From positions 248,001 to 312,000 of IMG/VR virus record IMGVR_UViG_3300023202_000247: a stretch of DNA of 64,000 bases, one strand, 5' to 3'. A program made the translations under genes and the position numbers. Shown piece after piece: positions 50,281 to 59,277 of the stretch. The notes under the pieces are model-generated. The model searched no databases and had not been told where the DNA came from. It was given only the letters and a program-made list of their open reading frames with translations. The stretch's first letter is position 1. Every line of letters begins with the position of its first letter.

Positions 50281-50287
50281 AATAAGC

Positions 50288-51286
50288 ATGCAAAATGCTA
50301 TTATCACTGGTATAACTGGGCAAACCGGTTCATACCTAGCCAAAATTTTATTAGATAAAAATTACAAAGTGTATGGTGTTGTTAGAAGAAGTAGTAACTT
50401 CAATACTCAACGCATAGACGATGTCTATGACCACCATAATTTAGAGTTGGTATATGGAGACCTAGCTGATTATTCTTCGATTACCAGTATAGTAAATGAT
50501 GTTAAACCGGATTTATTTTTCAACATGGCGGCAATGAGCCATGTGAGAGTATCATTCGACATTCCAGAATACACAATGGATGTTACTGGAACTGGTGTGA
50601 TTAGATGTTTGGAAGCGATACGTCGCAATAGTCCTAATACACGTTTTTTGCAGGCATCATCATCCGAAATGTTTGGTAGCTCTCCACCTCCTCAAAATGA
50701 AGAAACTCCTTTTCATCCTCGTTCACCGTACGCCGTTGCAAAAGTTGCTGGATATCATGCTACTGTAAATTATAGAGAAGCATATGATATGTTTGCAAGC
50801 AATGCAATAAGTTACAATCATGAGAGTCCATTTCGAGGGGAGACATTTGTAACTCGTAAAATAACAAGAGCCGCTACTAGAATAAAATGTGGGTTACAAG
50901 ATAAATTGTATCTTGGAAACTTATCGGCAAAAAGAGATTGGTCTCATGCTAAAGATGTTGCAAATGCCATGTATATGATTTTAACTTCTGATAAGCCAGA
51001 TGATTATTGTATAGCTTCTGGTTATATGTACAGCGTCGAGGAATTTGTCGAGAAGGTATTTTCTAGTTTAGAGTTAAATTGGAAAGATTATGTAGAAATT
51101 GATCCTCGTTATTTTCGCCCGACTGAGGTTGATGCTTTGTGTGGAGATTCCAGTAAATTGCGAAAAAATCTAGGATGGGAACTGGAGTATGATTTTGATT
51201 CTCTGGTCAAAGAGATGGTTGATGAGGATATGAAATCTGCACAGAAAGAAAAACTCGTATTAGATTATGAGAAAGGTGACGGTTGA
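50288..51286 (+). CDS. gmd: GDP-mannose 4,6-dehydratase
   Basis: ITGITGQTGSYLA, AMSHVRVSF, QASSSEMFG, PRSPYAVAK, NHESP-x-RGETFVTRKI and RYFRPTEVD. Confidence 0.97.
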   Translation: MQNAIITGITGQTGSYLAKILLDKNYKVYGVVRRSSNFNTQRIDDVYDHHNLELVYGDLADYSSITSIVNDVKPDLFFNMAAMSHVRVSFDIPEYTMDVTGTGVIRCLEAIRRNSPNTRFLQASSSEMFGSSPPPQNEETPFHPRSPYAVAKVAGYHATVNYREAYDMFASNAISYNHESPFRGETFVTRKITRAATRIKCGLQDKLYLGNLSAKRDWSHAKDVANAMYMILTSDKPDDYCIASGYMYSVEEFVEKVFSSLELNWKDYVEIDPRYFRPTEVDALCGDSSKLRKNLGWELEYDFDSLVKEMVDEDMKSAQKEKLVLDYEKGDG

Positions 51287-52206
51287 GATTACTGATAACT
51301 GGAAGTGGCGGATTTCTTGGTAAAAATGTCGTACCAAAATTTGCCAAAGAACAAAGTGTAACGCTATTGACACCTCGTAGCCGGGAACTCGATCTTCTCG
51401 ACCAAAGCTCTACGATGGTGTATTTCGAGCGTGAGCGGCCTGATGTAGTTTTGCACATGGCGGCTGTTTGCGGTGGTATCAAAGCAAATATGAAAGCGCC
51501 CGCGGACTTCATTCATCTCAATTCAGAGATGACTATAAATATATTTAACGCAATTAAAAAATTTGATGTAAAATCTCTCTACACTTTAGGTTCAGTTTGC
51601 TCTTATCCTTGTCATACACCGGTTCCATTTAAAGAGAAAAACATTTGGAATGGTTATCCTGAAGCAACAAATGCTCCATATGGAATTGCAAAGAGATTGC
51701 AAATGGAGATGCAAAAGCAGTATGCAGATCAATATGGGTTGAAAGGTGCACATCTCATACCTGTTAACTTGTTTGGGCCTCAGGACCTATTCGATTTAGA
51801 AAATAGTCACGTTATTCCAGCTTTGATAAACAAATTCGTTACAGCTGTTAAAAATAACAAACAGTCTGTAGAGTTGTGGGGTAGTGGGCAGGCGACTAGA
51901 GAGTTTTTGTATGTCGAAGATTGTGCACATGCGCTTCATAAAGCTGTCATGCTAGAATTAGATTATCCAGAACCAATAAACCTCGGAACTGGAGAATCAA
52001 TAAAAATAATTGATCTGGCAAATATAATAGCTGATATAGTAAAATATAGGGGTAATATAGTTACTACTGGTGATGTTAATGACGGGCAGCCTTTGAGGCA
52101 GCTCGACGTTTCACGTGCATATGAAACATTTGGTTTTCGTGCGCGAACCAGTTTGAGAGAAGGTTTGGAAAAAACCATAAAATGGTATGAGGAAAATTAT
52201 GAGTGA
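51283..52206 (+). CDS. fcl: GDP-L-fucose synthase
   Basis: TGSGGFLG, AAVCGGIKAN, LGSVCSYP, YGIAK, SHVIPALI and WGSGQATREFLYV. Confidence 0.95.
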   Translation: MRLLITGSGGFLGKNVVPKFAKEQSVTLLTPRSRELDLLDQSSTMVYFERERPDVVLHMAAVCGGIKANMKAPADFIHLNSEMTINIFNAIKKFDVKSLYTLGSVCSYPCHTPVPFKEKNIWNGYPEATNAPYGIAKRLQMEMQKQYADQYGLKGAHLIPVNLFGPQDLFDLENSHVIPALINKFVTAVKNNKQSVELWGSGQATREFLYVEDCAHALHKAVMLELDYPEPINLGTGESIKIIDLANIIADIVKYRGNIVTTGDVNDGQPLRQLDVSRAYETFGFRARTSLREGLEKTIKWYEENYE

Positions 52207-53698
52207 TGATAAAAATAAGACCTTGGCGGATAAATTGGCAGCTAAGATGCTTGAAAAGGACATTATAACAAAGTCAAAGTTTGAAGAGCAGGTTGTTGCT
52301 TTTTCTAGTTGGCCAAAAGAAACGTTGCAAAAAATTGAATCTTTTTTGTTTGACGGTAAGTCTAGTGATACCGGTGGAGTGGTAATCAATACAGGAACAG
52401 ATGATAAAGATAAAGCATCTTTAAAAGTTTCTGATTCTGGTGCCACTGTAGAGGCCGACAAAATTGATTTTTTTACCATCAAATTTGATTCGGATGGAAA
52501 CATAGTATCTAAATTTCCAGTTATGAGCAGGGAACAAGAATACAAGCTCATAGAGCGTTTCAAAAATGCATTAAGAGAACAACAAGAGTTACATTATGGT
52601 TCATCGGTTGAAGATGGCAGTTCTTTAAAAGATGTAGATATTCCAAAGCGTATAAAAAATTTGGTAAAAGATTCTTCTAGGAAGGCTGAGTTTAAAAATG
52701 ATGACGAACTATATGATAAGTTTTCTTTAGCTGAGTTGAAAGATTTAAAAGAGAAACTTTCTTTAGCTGAGTTGAAAGGTTTAAAAGAGAAACTTTCTTT
52801 GAATGATTTGAAAGAGATGAAAGATCCTGAACTTACTGAAACGCCTCTTGGCGATGCTAAAAAATACTTGGGTGATAAATCTTATACGCTTAAAGATGTT
52901 GATGATGGTAGAGTTATCAAACGAACTCTCAATTGGGAGTCTGATGCCAAGTGGTTCAAAAATCAATACCCTGGAGCATTCAGACGTTCCGATAATGGTG
53001 TTGCAAAAACTAGTAGCGAAGCAGTTGCTGGTATCGCCATTAAACCCGGTGAGCCATCACGATATGTAGTTGTTAATGGTGAAAAGAAAAGGGAAATTAA
53101 ACTAACGCCTGATAAAATGAAAGAGTCAAAATCGAAAACAATTGGTAAAAGCCGTGGTAGTTTGAGAAATGTTCAATCTGAAAGCGAATATAAAAAACGT
53201 GAAAATGAGCTAAAACAATCACTATCACAATGTGACGTTAAAGAGGTACAAGACGCTATTGATGACTTAAACCAAGTCGACCCTGTTCAAAAACATATTC
53301 AATCAGTATCAAACGGAAATAATCTTACTGATATTCTAGAAAGTGATGAAGACTTTAAAGATTTGTTGAAAGATTATTCATTTTTAGATGAGCAGAAAAA
53401 TACAACTAATCTTTTAGAAAAGCTTGAAGAGAAGATTGTTGAAGCAACTCGTGTTGAACTAAAGGCGAAACGTGAGTTATTTTTGTTAAATCGTGCATTG
53501 GAAGCCTCTTATGTTGCGGCTGAAAAAGAACCAGTTACGCTTGAGTTGCCCAAGCCTGTTGAAGTAAAACCAACATCTAAACAGTTTTTGGATACTTTCA
53601 AAGACATAACTGAAAGCGTTTTGGGTAAAGAATATCATTCTGGAGATGATTGGGAAAAGATTTATAATAGAAACAGATTAAGGCATATCAGAAAATAA
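52199..53698 (+). CDS. Hypothetical charged coiled-coil-rich protein with 12-aa tandem repeat
   Basis: Long Lys/Glu/Asp-rich ORF with SLAELK(D/G)LKEKL repeats. Confidence 0.55.
   Translation: MSDDKNKTLADKLAAKMLEKDIITKSKFEEQVVAFSSWPKETLQKIESFLFDGKSSDTGGVVINTGTDDKDKASLKVSDSGATVEADKIDFFTIKFDSDGNIVSKFPVMSREQEYKLIERFKNALREQQELHYGSSVEDGSSLKDVDIPKRIKNLVKDSSRKAEFKNDDELYDKFSLAELKDLKEKLSLAELKGLKEKLSLNDLKEMKDPELTETPLGDAKKYLGDKSYTLKDVDDGRVIKRTLNWESDAKWFKNQYPGAFRRSDNGVAKTSSEAVAGIAIKPGEPSRYVVVNGEKKREIKLTPDKMKESKSKTIGKSRGSLRNVQSESEYKKRENELKQSLSQCDVKEVQDAIDDLNQVDPVQKHIQSVSNGNNLTDILESDEDFKDLLKDYSFLDEQKNTTNLLEKLEEKIVEATRVELKAKRELFLLNRALEASYVAAEKEPVTLELPKPVEVKPTSKQFLDTFKDITESVLGKEYHSGDDWEKIYNRNRLRHIRK
52722..52825 (+). 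repeat. 36-bp tandem repeat (two near-identical copies plus a degenerate third)
   Basis: 52722-52757 and 52758-52793 differ at one base (GAT/GGT). The third copy is degenerate. Confidence 0.85.
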
Positions 53699-53718
53699 TA
53701 GACTCAAGTAAATAATTA

Positions 53719-54687
53719 ATGAGTAAGAAAAAGAAAATACTAGTAACTGGTTCGTGTGGTTTCATATTTAGTAACTTTATGCGATATGCAATCACACAAC
53801 ATGATGTGAATTACAAATTCATAAGCGTTGACAAAGTTAAAAGTTCACGTGTGATGTACAATGTATTCTCAAATAAAAATCACACGTTCCACATTGGTGA
53901 TGTTGCGGATTCGCACTTCATGGATGTAGTATTTCAAGTTGAAGAACCTGATATAGTAATTCACGCGGCAGCTGAAAGTTTCGTGGATAGTTCTATAAAA
54001 AATGCGGACCCGTTTATTCATTCCAATGTTCGTGGAACACAAACTGTTATCGATGCTTGTGTAAAGTGGGGCGTGGAACGTTTAGTATATATTTCATCAG
54101 ATGAGATATATGGACAACTAACTAGTGAAGACGATCCTCCATGGCCCGAAACTGCACCAATGAATCCACGAAATCCATATAGTGCAACAAAAGCCGCAGG
54201 AGAGTTGTTGGTCAAAGCGGCTCATCAAACACATGGATTGAATTATAATATAACTCGTTGTTGTAATAATTATGGTCCAAGACAAGATCCTGAAAAGTTT
54301 CTTCCAAAGATAATTAAATGTGTTATCAACAATGAAAAGATACCAGTTTATGGTCAAGGTAGACAGGTAAGAGATTGGCTATATGTAAGTGATAATTGTA
54401 GGGCTGTTCTTGATATATTAGAAAAAGGAGCTATAAACGAAACTTATAATATTGCAGCTAATCAAGAATATTCTAATATAGAAATCTGTCAACTAGTATG
54501 CAATGCGCTTGGTAAAGGACATGATTTGATTGAATTTGTCGAGGATAGACCAGGACATGACTTTCGTTATAGTGTTGATTGTACAAAATTGAAAGGTATC
54601 GGTTGGGAGCCTGAATTCAAGTTCAAACAGGGATTGGAAGAGACTGCCAAGTGGTATATAAATAACAAAAGTTGGTTTTTGAAGTGA
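53719..54687 (+). CDS. rfbB: dTDP-glucose 4,6-dehydratase
   Basis: VTGSCGFIFSN, AAESFVDSSI, ISSDEIYG, NPYSATKA, NNYGPRQDPEKF, RDWLYV and DRPGHDFRY. Confidence 0.92.
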   Translation: MSKKKKILVTGSCGFIFSNFMRYAITQHDVNYKFISVDKVKSSRVMYNVFSNKNHTFHIGDVADSHFMDVVFQVEEPDIVIHAAAESFVDSSIKNADPFIHSNVRGTQTVIDACVKWGVERLVYISSDEIYGQLTSEDDPPWPETAPMNPRNPYSATKAAGELLVKAAHQTHGLNYNITRCCNNYGPRQDPEKFLPKIIKCVINNEKIPVYGQGRQVRDWLYVSDNCRAVLDILEKGAINETYNIAANQEYSNIEICQLVCNALGKGHDLIEFVEDRPGHDFRYSVDCTKLKGIGWEPEFKFKQGLEETAKWYINNKSWFLK

Positions 54688-54706
54688 CCTTAAAAATGGA
54701 GAATGA

Positions 54707-56086
54707 ATGTCAACAAAAAGTGAAAAAGTAAAATCTGATGAGTCTTTGGTTGATGATGTTTCTGACGAGAACATCGAGGTCAGCGATGATGACTTAGAAC
54801 AGCAGAAAATGGAAAAGTTAAAAGCAAAATTAAAAGCAAAAGAAGACAGTGAAAAGAAAACAGAAGAGGGTACAGTGCCACCAAAAATAGTTGAGCCAAA
54901 AAAGCAAAGCATACGATTTGGAATTATCGGATCGGGTCAAGGTGGCTCCAGACTCGCAGAAGTATTTTATAAACTTGGTTATGATTCAATTGCTGTAAAC
55001 ACAGCTTCACAAGATTTACAAGGCATTGAAATGCCAGACTCCAATAAGCTTTTGCTTTCATATGGTCTGGGTGGTGCCGGCAAAGAGCTTGATATTGGAT
55101 ATGAGGCCGCTGAAGCTCATCGTGCGGCTATCAATGAGCTTGTCTATAACAAACTAAACGATGCAGAACTTTTGGTATTTTGCACCTCATTGGGTGGTGG
55201 TTCTGGTGCGGGTTCTGCTGAAGTTATCGTTGATATTTTATCCAAATTGGATCGTCCAGTTTGTGTAATTACCATTTTACCAATGAGCACGGATGACCCT
55301 CAAACTAAAGACAACGCAATCAAGACGTTGACAAAGTTTACAAATATGGTTAATTCTAGTGCAATTGATAATCTAATTGTTGTGGATAATGCAAGAATTG
55401 AAACTATATATAGTGATGTTGGTCCATTGAATTTCTTCAATGTTTCTAATAAAGCTATTGTTGAGCCAATTGATAAGTTCAATACCCTGTCTCACATGGC
55501 ATCTTCAGTAAAGCCATTGGATCCAACTGAGTTTGGAAAATTATTTACCGATGGTCGCGGGTTGACTATTTACGGTATGATGAAGGTTTATGATTTTGAA
55601 GAAGATACAGCTATTGCTGAGGCGGTGGTCGAAAACATGAGCGGAAGCTTACTGGCAAGTGGTTTTGATTTAAAGCAGGCTCGTTATGCTGGGGCAATTT
55701 TTACAGCACCGCGCAGAGTATGGGATAAGATTCCAAATGCTAGTGTTAACTATGCAAAAAGTATGGTTAATGATGTTTGCGGAAATCCAATTGGAACGTT
55801 CCATGGAATCTATGAGGTAGATGATGATGAAGATTGTGTCCGAGTATACTCTATGTTTTCGGGTCTCGGTCTGCCCGATGACCGTATCAAACAGCTTCGA
55901 GAAGATGCTAAAGAACGCATGGCTCAGGCAGCTGAAAAGGATGAGCATCGCAAGTTGACATTGAAAATTGATGCTCAAGAAGAAACTGTTAGTGCAGCAG
56001 ATGCTATAAAGAAAAAGATTGAGCGTAAAAAGAGCAAGTTTGGTAAGTTGCACAGTCGGGCTGTACAAGATAGACGAAAGAAGTAA
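54707..56086 (+). CDS. Tubulin/FtsZ-family GTPase (PhuZ/TubZ-like)
   Basis: IGSGQGGSRLA, AVNT, GAGK and the GGGSGAG signature loop. LDPTE is in the T7-loop position. Acidic N-terminal and charged C-terminal tails. Confidence 0.88.
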   Translation: MSTKSEKVKSDESLVDDVSDENIEVSDDDLEQQKMEKLKAKLKAKEDSEKKTEEGTVPPKIVEPKKQSIRFGIIGSGQGGSRLAEVFYKLGYDSIAVNTASQDLQGIEMPDSNKLLLSYGLGGAGKELDIGYEAAEAHRAAINELVYNKLNDAELLVFCTSLGGGSGAGSAEVIVDILSKLDRPVCVITILPMSTDDPQTKDNAIKTLTKFTNMVNSSAIDNLIVVDNARIETIYSDVGPLNFFNVSNKAIVEPIDKFNTLSHMASSVKPLDPTEFGKLFTDGRGLTIYGMMKVYDFEEDTAIAEAVVENMSGSLLASGFDLKQARYAGAIFTAPRRVWDKIPNASVNYAKSMVNDVCGNPIGTFHGIYEVDDDEDCVRVYSMFSGLGLPDDRIKQLREDAKERMAQAAEKDEHRKLTLKIDAQEETVSAADAIKKKIERKKSKFGKLHSRAVQDRRKK

Positions 56087-56092
56087 TTTGTC

Positions 56093-57574
56093 ATGACTGT
56101 TACTATCATTCACGGTAGAAGCAGTTGCCAGGTGCGAGGGCTCGATGATTACGATATAATCAAAGAACTGGAAGAAGAGCTGTCGTTTGTGCTTCAAGGT
56201 GCTGAGCACATGAACCTTTTTAAAGGTTTTGAAAAGGACGGTAAATTCACGAAGTGGGACGGGGTTGTCAGCTTATTGAGCGGCAACCTTCGTTTTGCTC
56301 CGGGACTATTGTCACGAGTTGAAAGGTTTTTTCGAGAACGTGATATAGATTATGTCGTTGAGGACAACCGTCCGCGACTGACAACTGGACAAAGAATAGA
56401 CATATTACCGAAGCTGAAGGCTAGTGGTAAAACGCCTTATCCTTATCAATTAGATGCAGTAAAAAAAGCTGTCTCTGTTGAGCGTGGAATTATTCGTATC
56501 GGAACTGGGGGCGGCAAAACTGTCGTAGCCGCCCTTATCGTAGCGGAGATTGGTAAGCCGGCAGTTGTTTATGTTATTGGCAAAGATCTCTTATATCAAA
56601 TTCGATCTTTATTTCAGTCGTTGTTTGATGAGCCAATTGGAATCATTGGTGATGGCAAATGTGAGATTCACAGAATAAACATTGCAACGATTTGGTCGAT
56701 AGGCACCGCTCTCGGGTTGCGCAAACAAAAACGGGTCGAGGGCGAGGAAAAAGAGAAGCCTCCTCCGAAGGAGCATCATAAAGATATCAAGAAAATGTTG
56801 GCTCATACTGGCGTTCACATTCTAGATGAATGTCATCTTGCAGCTTGTGATACGGTACAGGGTATTTTTAAAACAGTTTGTACCGAACATATTTACGGTA
56901 TGAGCGCTTCTCCTTGGAGAGATGATGGTGCGGATCTCTTGATTGAGAATTATCTTGGGGAGAAGATTGTAGATATTGGGGCAAAATATCTTATAGATAA
57001 CGGGTATTTGGTTAAACCAACGATACGATTTCTCCCAGTAAAACCTCATCCATATAAATCAACCAAAAGTTACAAGAGGATATACTCGCAATATATCGTA
57101 AATAATCCTCATAGAAATGCGATGGTTATAAAGGCCGCTCAGAGGCTCGTAGAACAGGGTTTCAAGACTTTGGTACTCTTTCACACCATAAGCCACGGAA
57201 AAGCTTTATATAATGAACTGTCCAAGACTATACCGTGTGAAATTCTAAGTGGAAAAGATAATTCTGACGAACGTGAGCGTGTGAAGAAGCGTTTGGAAGA
57301 TGGGGAGATAAGTTTAGTACTTGCTTCTAAGATTTTCGATATTGGAGTTGATCTTCCCATCTTGAACGCACTCGTTACAGCTGGAGGCGGCAAGTCTTCC
57401 GTAAGAGCGCTTCAACGAATCGGTCGAGTAATCCGCCGCGCGCCGAATAAAGAAATGGCGGCTGTGATCGATTTTGCCGATCAAGCTCCATATTTGTTCT
57501 CGCATAGCGAGGCACGAAGAGATATTTACTCGCAGGAATTTGAAGTCAAATGGCCAAAAAAACAAGAACCTTAA
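56093..57574 (+). CDS. Superfamily 2 DNA helicase (UvsW/XPB-like)
   Basis: GTGGGKT, DECH, SASP, IGVDLP and QRIGRVIR motifs. Confidence 0.92.
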   Translation: MTVTIIHGRSSCQVRGLDDYDIIKELEEELSFVLQGAEHMNLFKGFEKDGKFTKWDGVVSLLSGNLRFAPGLLSRVERFFRERDIDYVVEDNRPRLTTGQRIDILPKLKASGKTPYPYQLDAVKKAVSVERGIIRIGTGGGKTVVAALIVAEIGKPAVVYVIGKDLLYQIRSLFQSLFDEPIGIIGDGKCEIHRINIATIWSIGTALGLRKQKRVEGEEKEKPPPKEHHKDIKKMLAHTGVHILDECHLAACDTVQGIFKTVCTEHIYGMSASPWRDDGADLLIENYLGEKIVDIGAKYLIDNGYLVKPTIRFLPVKPHPYKSTKSYKRIYSQYIVNNPHRNAMVIKAAQRLVEQGFKTLVLFHTISHGKALYNELSKTIPCEILSGKDNSDERERVKKRLEDGEISLVLASKIFDIGVDLPILNALVTAGGGKSSVRALQRIGRVIRRAPNKEMAAVIDFADQAPYLFSHSEARRDIYSQEFEVKWPKKQEP

Positions 57575-58191
57575 CACTCGTCCCCGATAAAGTAAAAAGG
57601 CCCAGCGGGCTCAAAAAAGATGGTACACCAAACTTACATTGGAAAAAGTTTGAAAACCGATTGCGCACTTACTCTAAAGTTCCGCTAGAAGATTGGAAAG
57701 AGACAGAAGTACTAGCCTATATTCTTGATCGTTACGAAAAAGAATACGAAATTAATTTTACATTGTCATATAGCGGACCACCAACCAAATGTGGTGAAAT
57801 GTATTGCACACGGCGCATGATTGCAACTTTGGGAACTGAAGACCCAACCATTCTCAAAGAATACATAGATTGGGTCTATGATGATGTTATCAAAGTTCAA
57901 AAGTTACAACTTGAAAGTTTAGCCTTCTTTTTTACAGCTTCTCTTTGTAGAAAGTTCAAAACCGTTTACAGACAACGTAACAAGATTACAAAAGATACAA
58001 AGCTCAAAGATGAGTTTGTAAGTATCGTAACTGATAATGGTTTTGATGCCGAAACGTATGGAGACTTGGCATTTATGAAAATGGCCGTCGATACGGATTC
58101 AGAACGAGATGACGCTGAACAAATTACGATGTTACTCGATCAGCTGAAACAAAATGGATTGAATATAGATGTTTTAGATAGATTGGAATAA
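57550..58191 (+). CDS. Hypothetical protein in replication module
   Basis: 213-aa helical ORF between the helicase and the loader. Confidence 0.55.
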   Translation: MAKKTRTLTLVPDKVKRPSGLKKDGTPNLHWKKFENRLRTYSKVPLEDWKETEVLAYILDRYEKEYEINFTLSYSGPPTKCGEMYCTRRMIATLGTEDPTILKEYIDWVYDDVIKVQKLQLESLAFFFTASLCRKFKTVYRQRNKITKDTKLKDEFVSIVTDNGFDAETYGDLAFMKMAVDTDSERDDAEQITMLLDQLKQNGLNIDVLDRLE

Positions 58192-58193
58192 TT

Positions 58194-58670
58194 ATGACAC
58201 CTAGTGAAAATGATCATGTAAAGATATTATTCAAAAATGGTGTAACATACAGCGGCATCGTTTTGTCCTGGTCGAAAGATGAAGCAGTTTTACGTGATTT
58301 TCACAGCAAGGATATTTCAATCATACACAATCCTCATATAAAAGCTCTTATTATAAAAATAGTAAGAGAAACGCCTGAAGAGGCAAAACAAATTTTTATC
58401 GATAAGCCGCTGGAGCTGGATGAACCAGAACGAGATCCTGGTCTTCGTGGAAAGAAATTGGCCGACTTGTATATGGCAAAGGCCGAAGCTGAGCGAGAAC
58501 GTTTTCGTAAAAAAATGAATTCGTTTGATAATACAGGAGCACAGGAAGTAAATTATGCAATACCAACAAGCCTTCAAAAACCCACTTTTGAACATTCCGA
58601 AGACCAAAACTACAGCAATGATTCAGAAGGTAATCAACTCTTTTCCGGAAGCGAATGGTTTAAAGATTAG
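58194..58670 (+). CDS. Hypothetical protein
   Basis: 158 aa. The N-terminus (VKILFKNGVTYSGIVLSW) is Sm/Hfq-like in pattern, but this assignment is weak. Confidence 0.5.
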   Translation: MTPSENDHVKILFKNGVTYSGIVLSWSKDEAVLRDFHSKDISIIHNPHIKALIIKIVRETPEEAKQIFIDKPLELDEPERDPGLRGKKLADLYMAKAEAERERFRKKMNSFDNTGAQEVNYAIPTSLQKPTFEHSEDQNYSNDSEGNQLFSGSEWFKD

Positions 58671-59277
58671 TGATGGATTGCCTGATGAGTGCCTTGTCGC
58701 AATTGATGGGTTGAATCGTTATGCTGAGGCAAACATACCCGTTGATTATTGGTTTTTGGATATGGAAGAGTTTAAGGGCGATTCCAATATAAAGAAGCAT
58801 TACGATAATATCACATCAGATTTTCGCAAGTCTTATGTTGATGGTATTCGCTACTGTTTCGCAGGTAAGCACGGGCGTGGTAAGACGATGGTTTGCGCGT
58901 GTGTTCTCAAAAAGGCTGTTGAAAAAGGTTACAGTGGACTTTACACAACTTTAAGTGACATAGTTGCTTTGATGGCATCACATGATGCTGATGGTAAGTA
59001 TACAGCAAGACAAGATTTATTGCAAGTAGACTTTCTCGTTATTGATGAATTCGACCCTCGTTTCATGGGTTCTACAAATTCTGCTGATTTGTTTGGTAGA
59101 ATTTTGGAATCAATTATCAGAGGTAGATTACAGAACAGAATGCCTACTATGCTTTGTACAAATAGTAAAGACGCAACATCAGCGTTTAGTGGTCCTCTCA
59201 AAGAGAGCATAGGAAGTTTGATGTATATGTTCAAAATAGTTCCGGTTCTAGGGAAGGATTTTAGAAAGGTTGATTGA
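58555..59277 (+). CDS. DnaC/IstB-like AAA+ helicase loader
   Basis: Walker A GKHGRGKT, Walker B FLVIDE, and R-x-x-N-x-x-PT-x-x-CTN. Lies directly upstream of DnaB. Confidence 0.85.
   Translation: MQYQQAFKNPLLNIPKTKTTAMIQKVINSFPEANGLKISDGLPDECLVAIDGLNRYAEANIPVDYWFLDMEEFKGDSNIKKHYDNITSDFRKSYVDGIRYCFAGKHGRGKTMVCACVLKKAVEKGYSGLYTTLSDIVALMASHDADGKYTARQDLLQVDFLVIDEFDPRFMGSTNSADLFGRILESIIRGRLQNRMPTMLCTNSKDATSAFSGPLKESIGSLMYMFKIVPVLGKDFRKVD

Noticed and set aside
52722-52825. 36-bp repeat as a mini-CRISPR
   Set aside because: The copies are directly adjacent with no spacers and are in frame within a coding sequence.
30991-54687. Bacterial O-antigen or capsule locus (host chromosome or contamination)
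   Set aside because: No wzx/wzy/wzz/ABC export or priming transferase is recognisable. The same promoter-like motif and tight gene packing run through the tail and glycan blocks. A chimeric assembly cannot be fully excluded without reads.
30991-54687. Eukaryotic giant virus (NCLDV) origin suggested by the sugar genes
   Set aside because: Sheath/tube/baseplate genes, a sigma-70 factor, SD sequences and overlapping operonic genes indicate a prokaryotic tailed virus.
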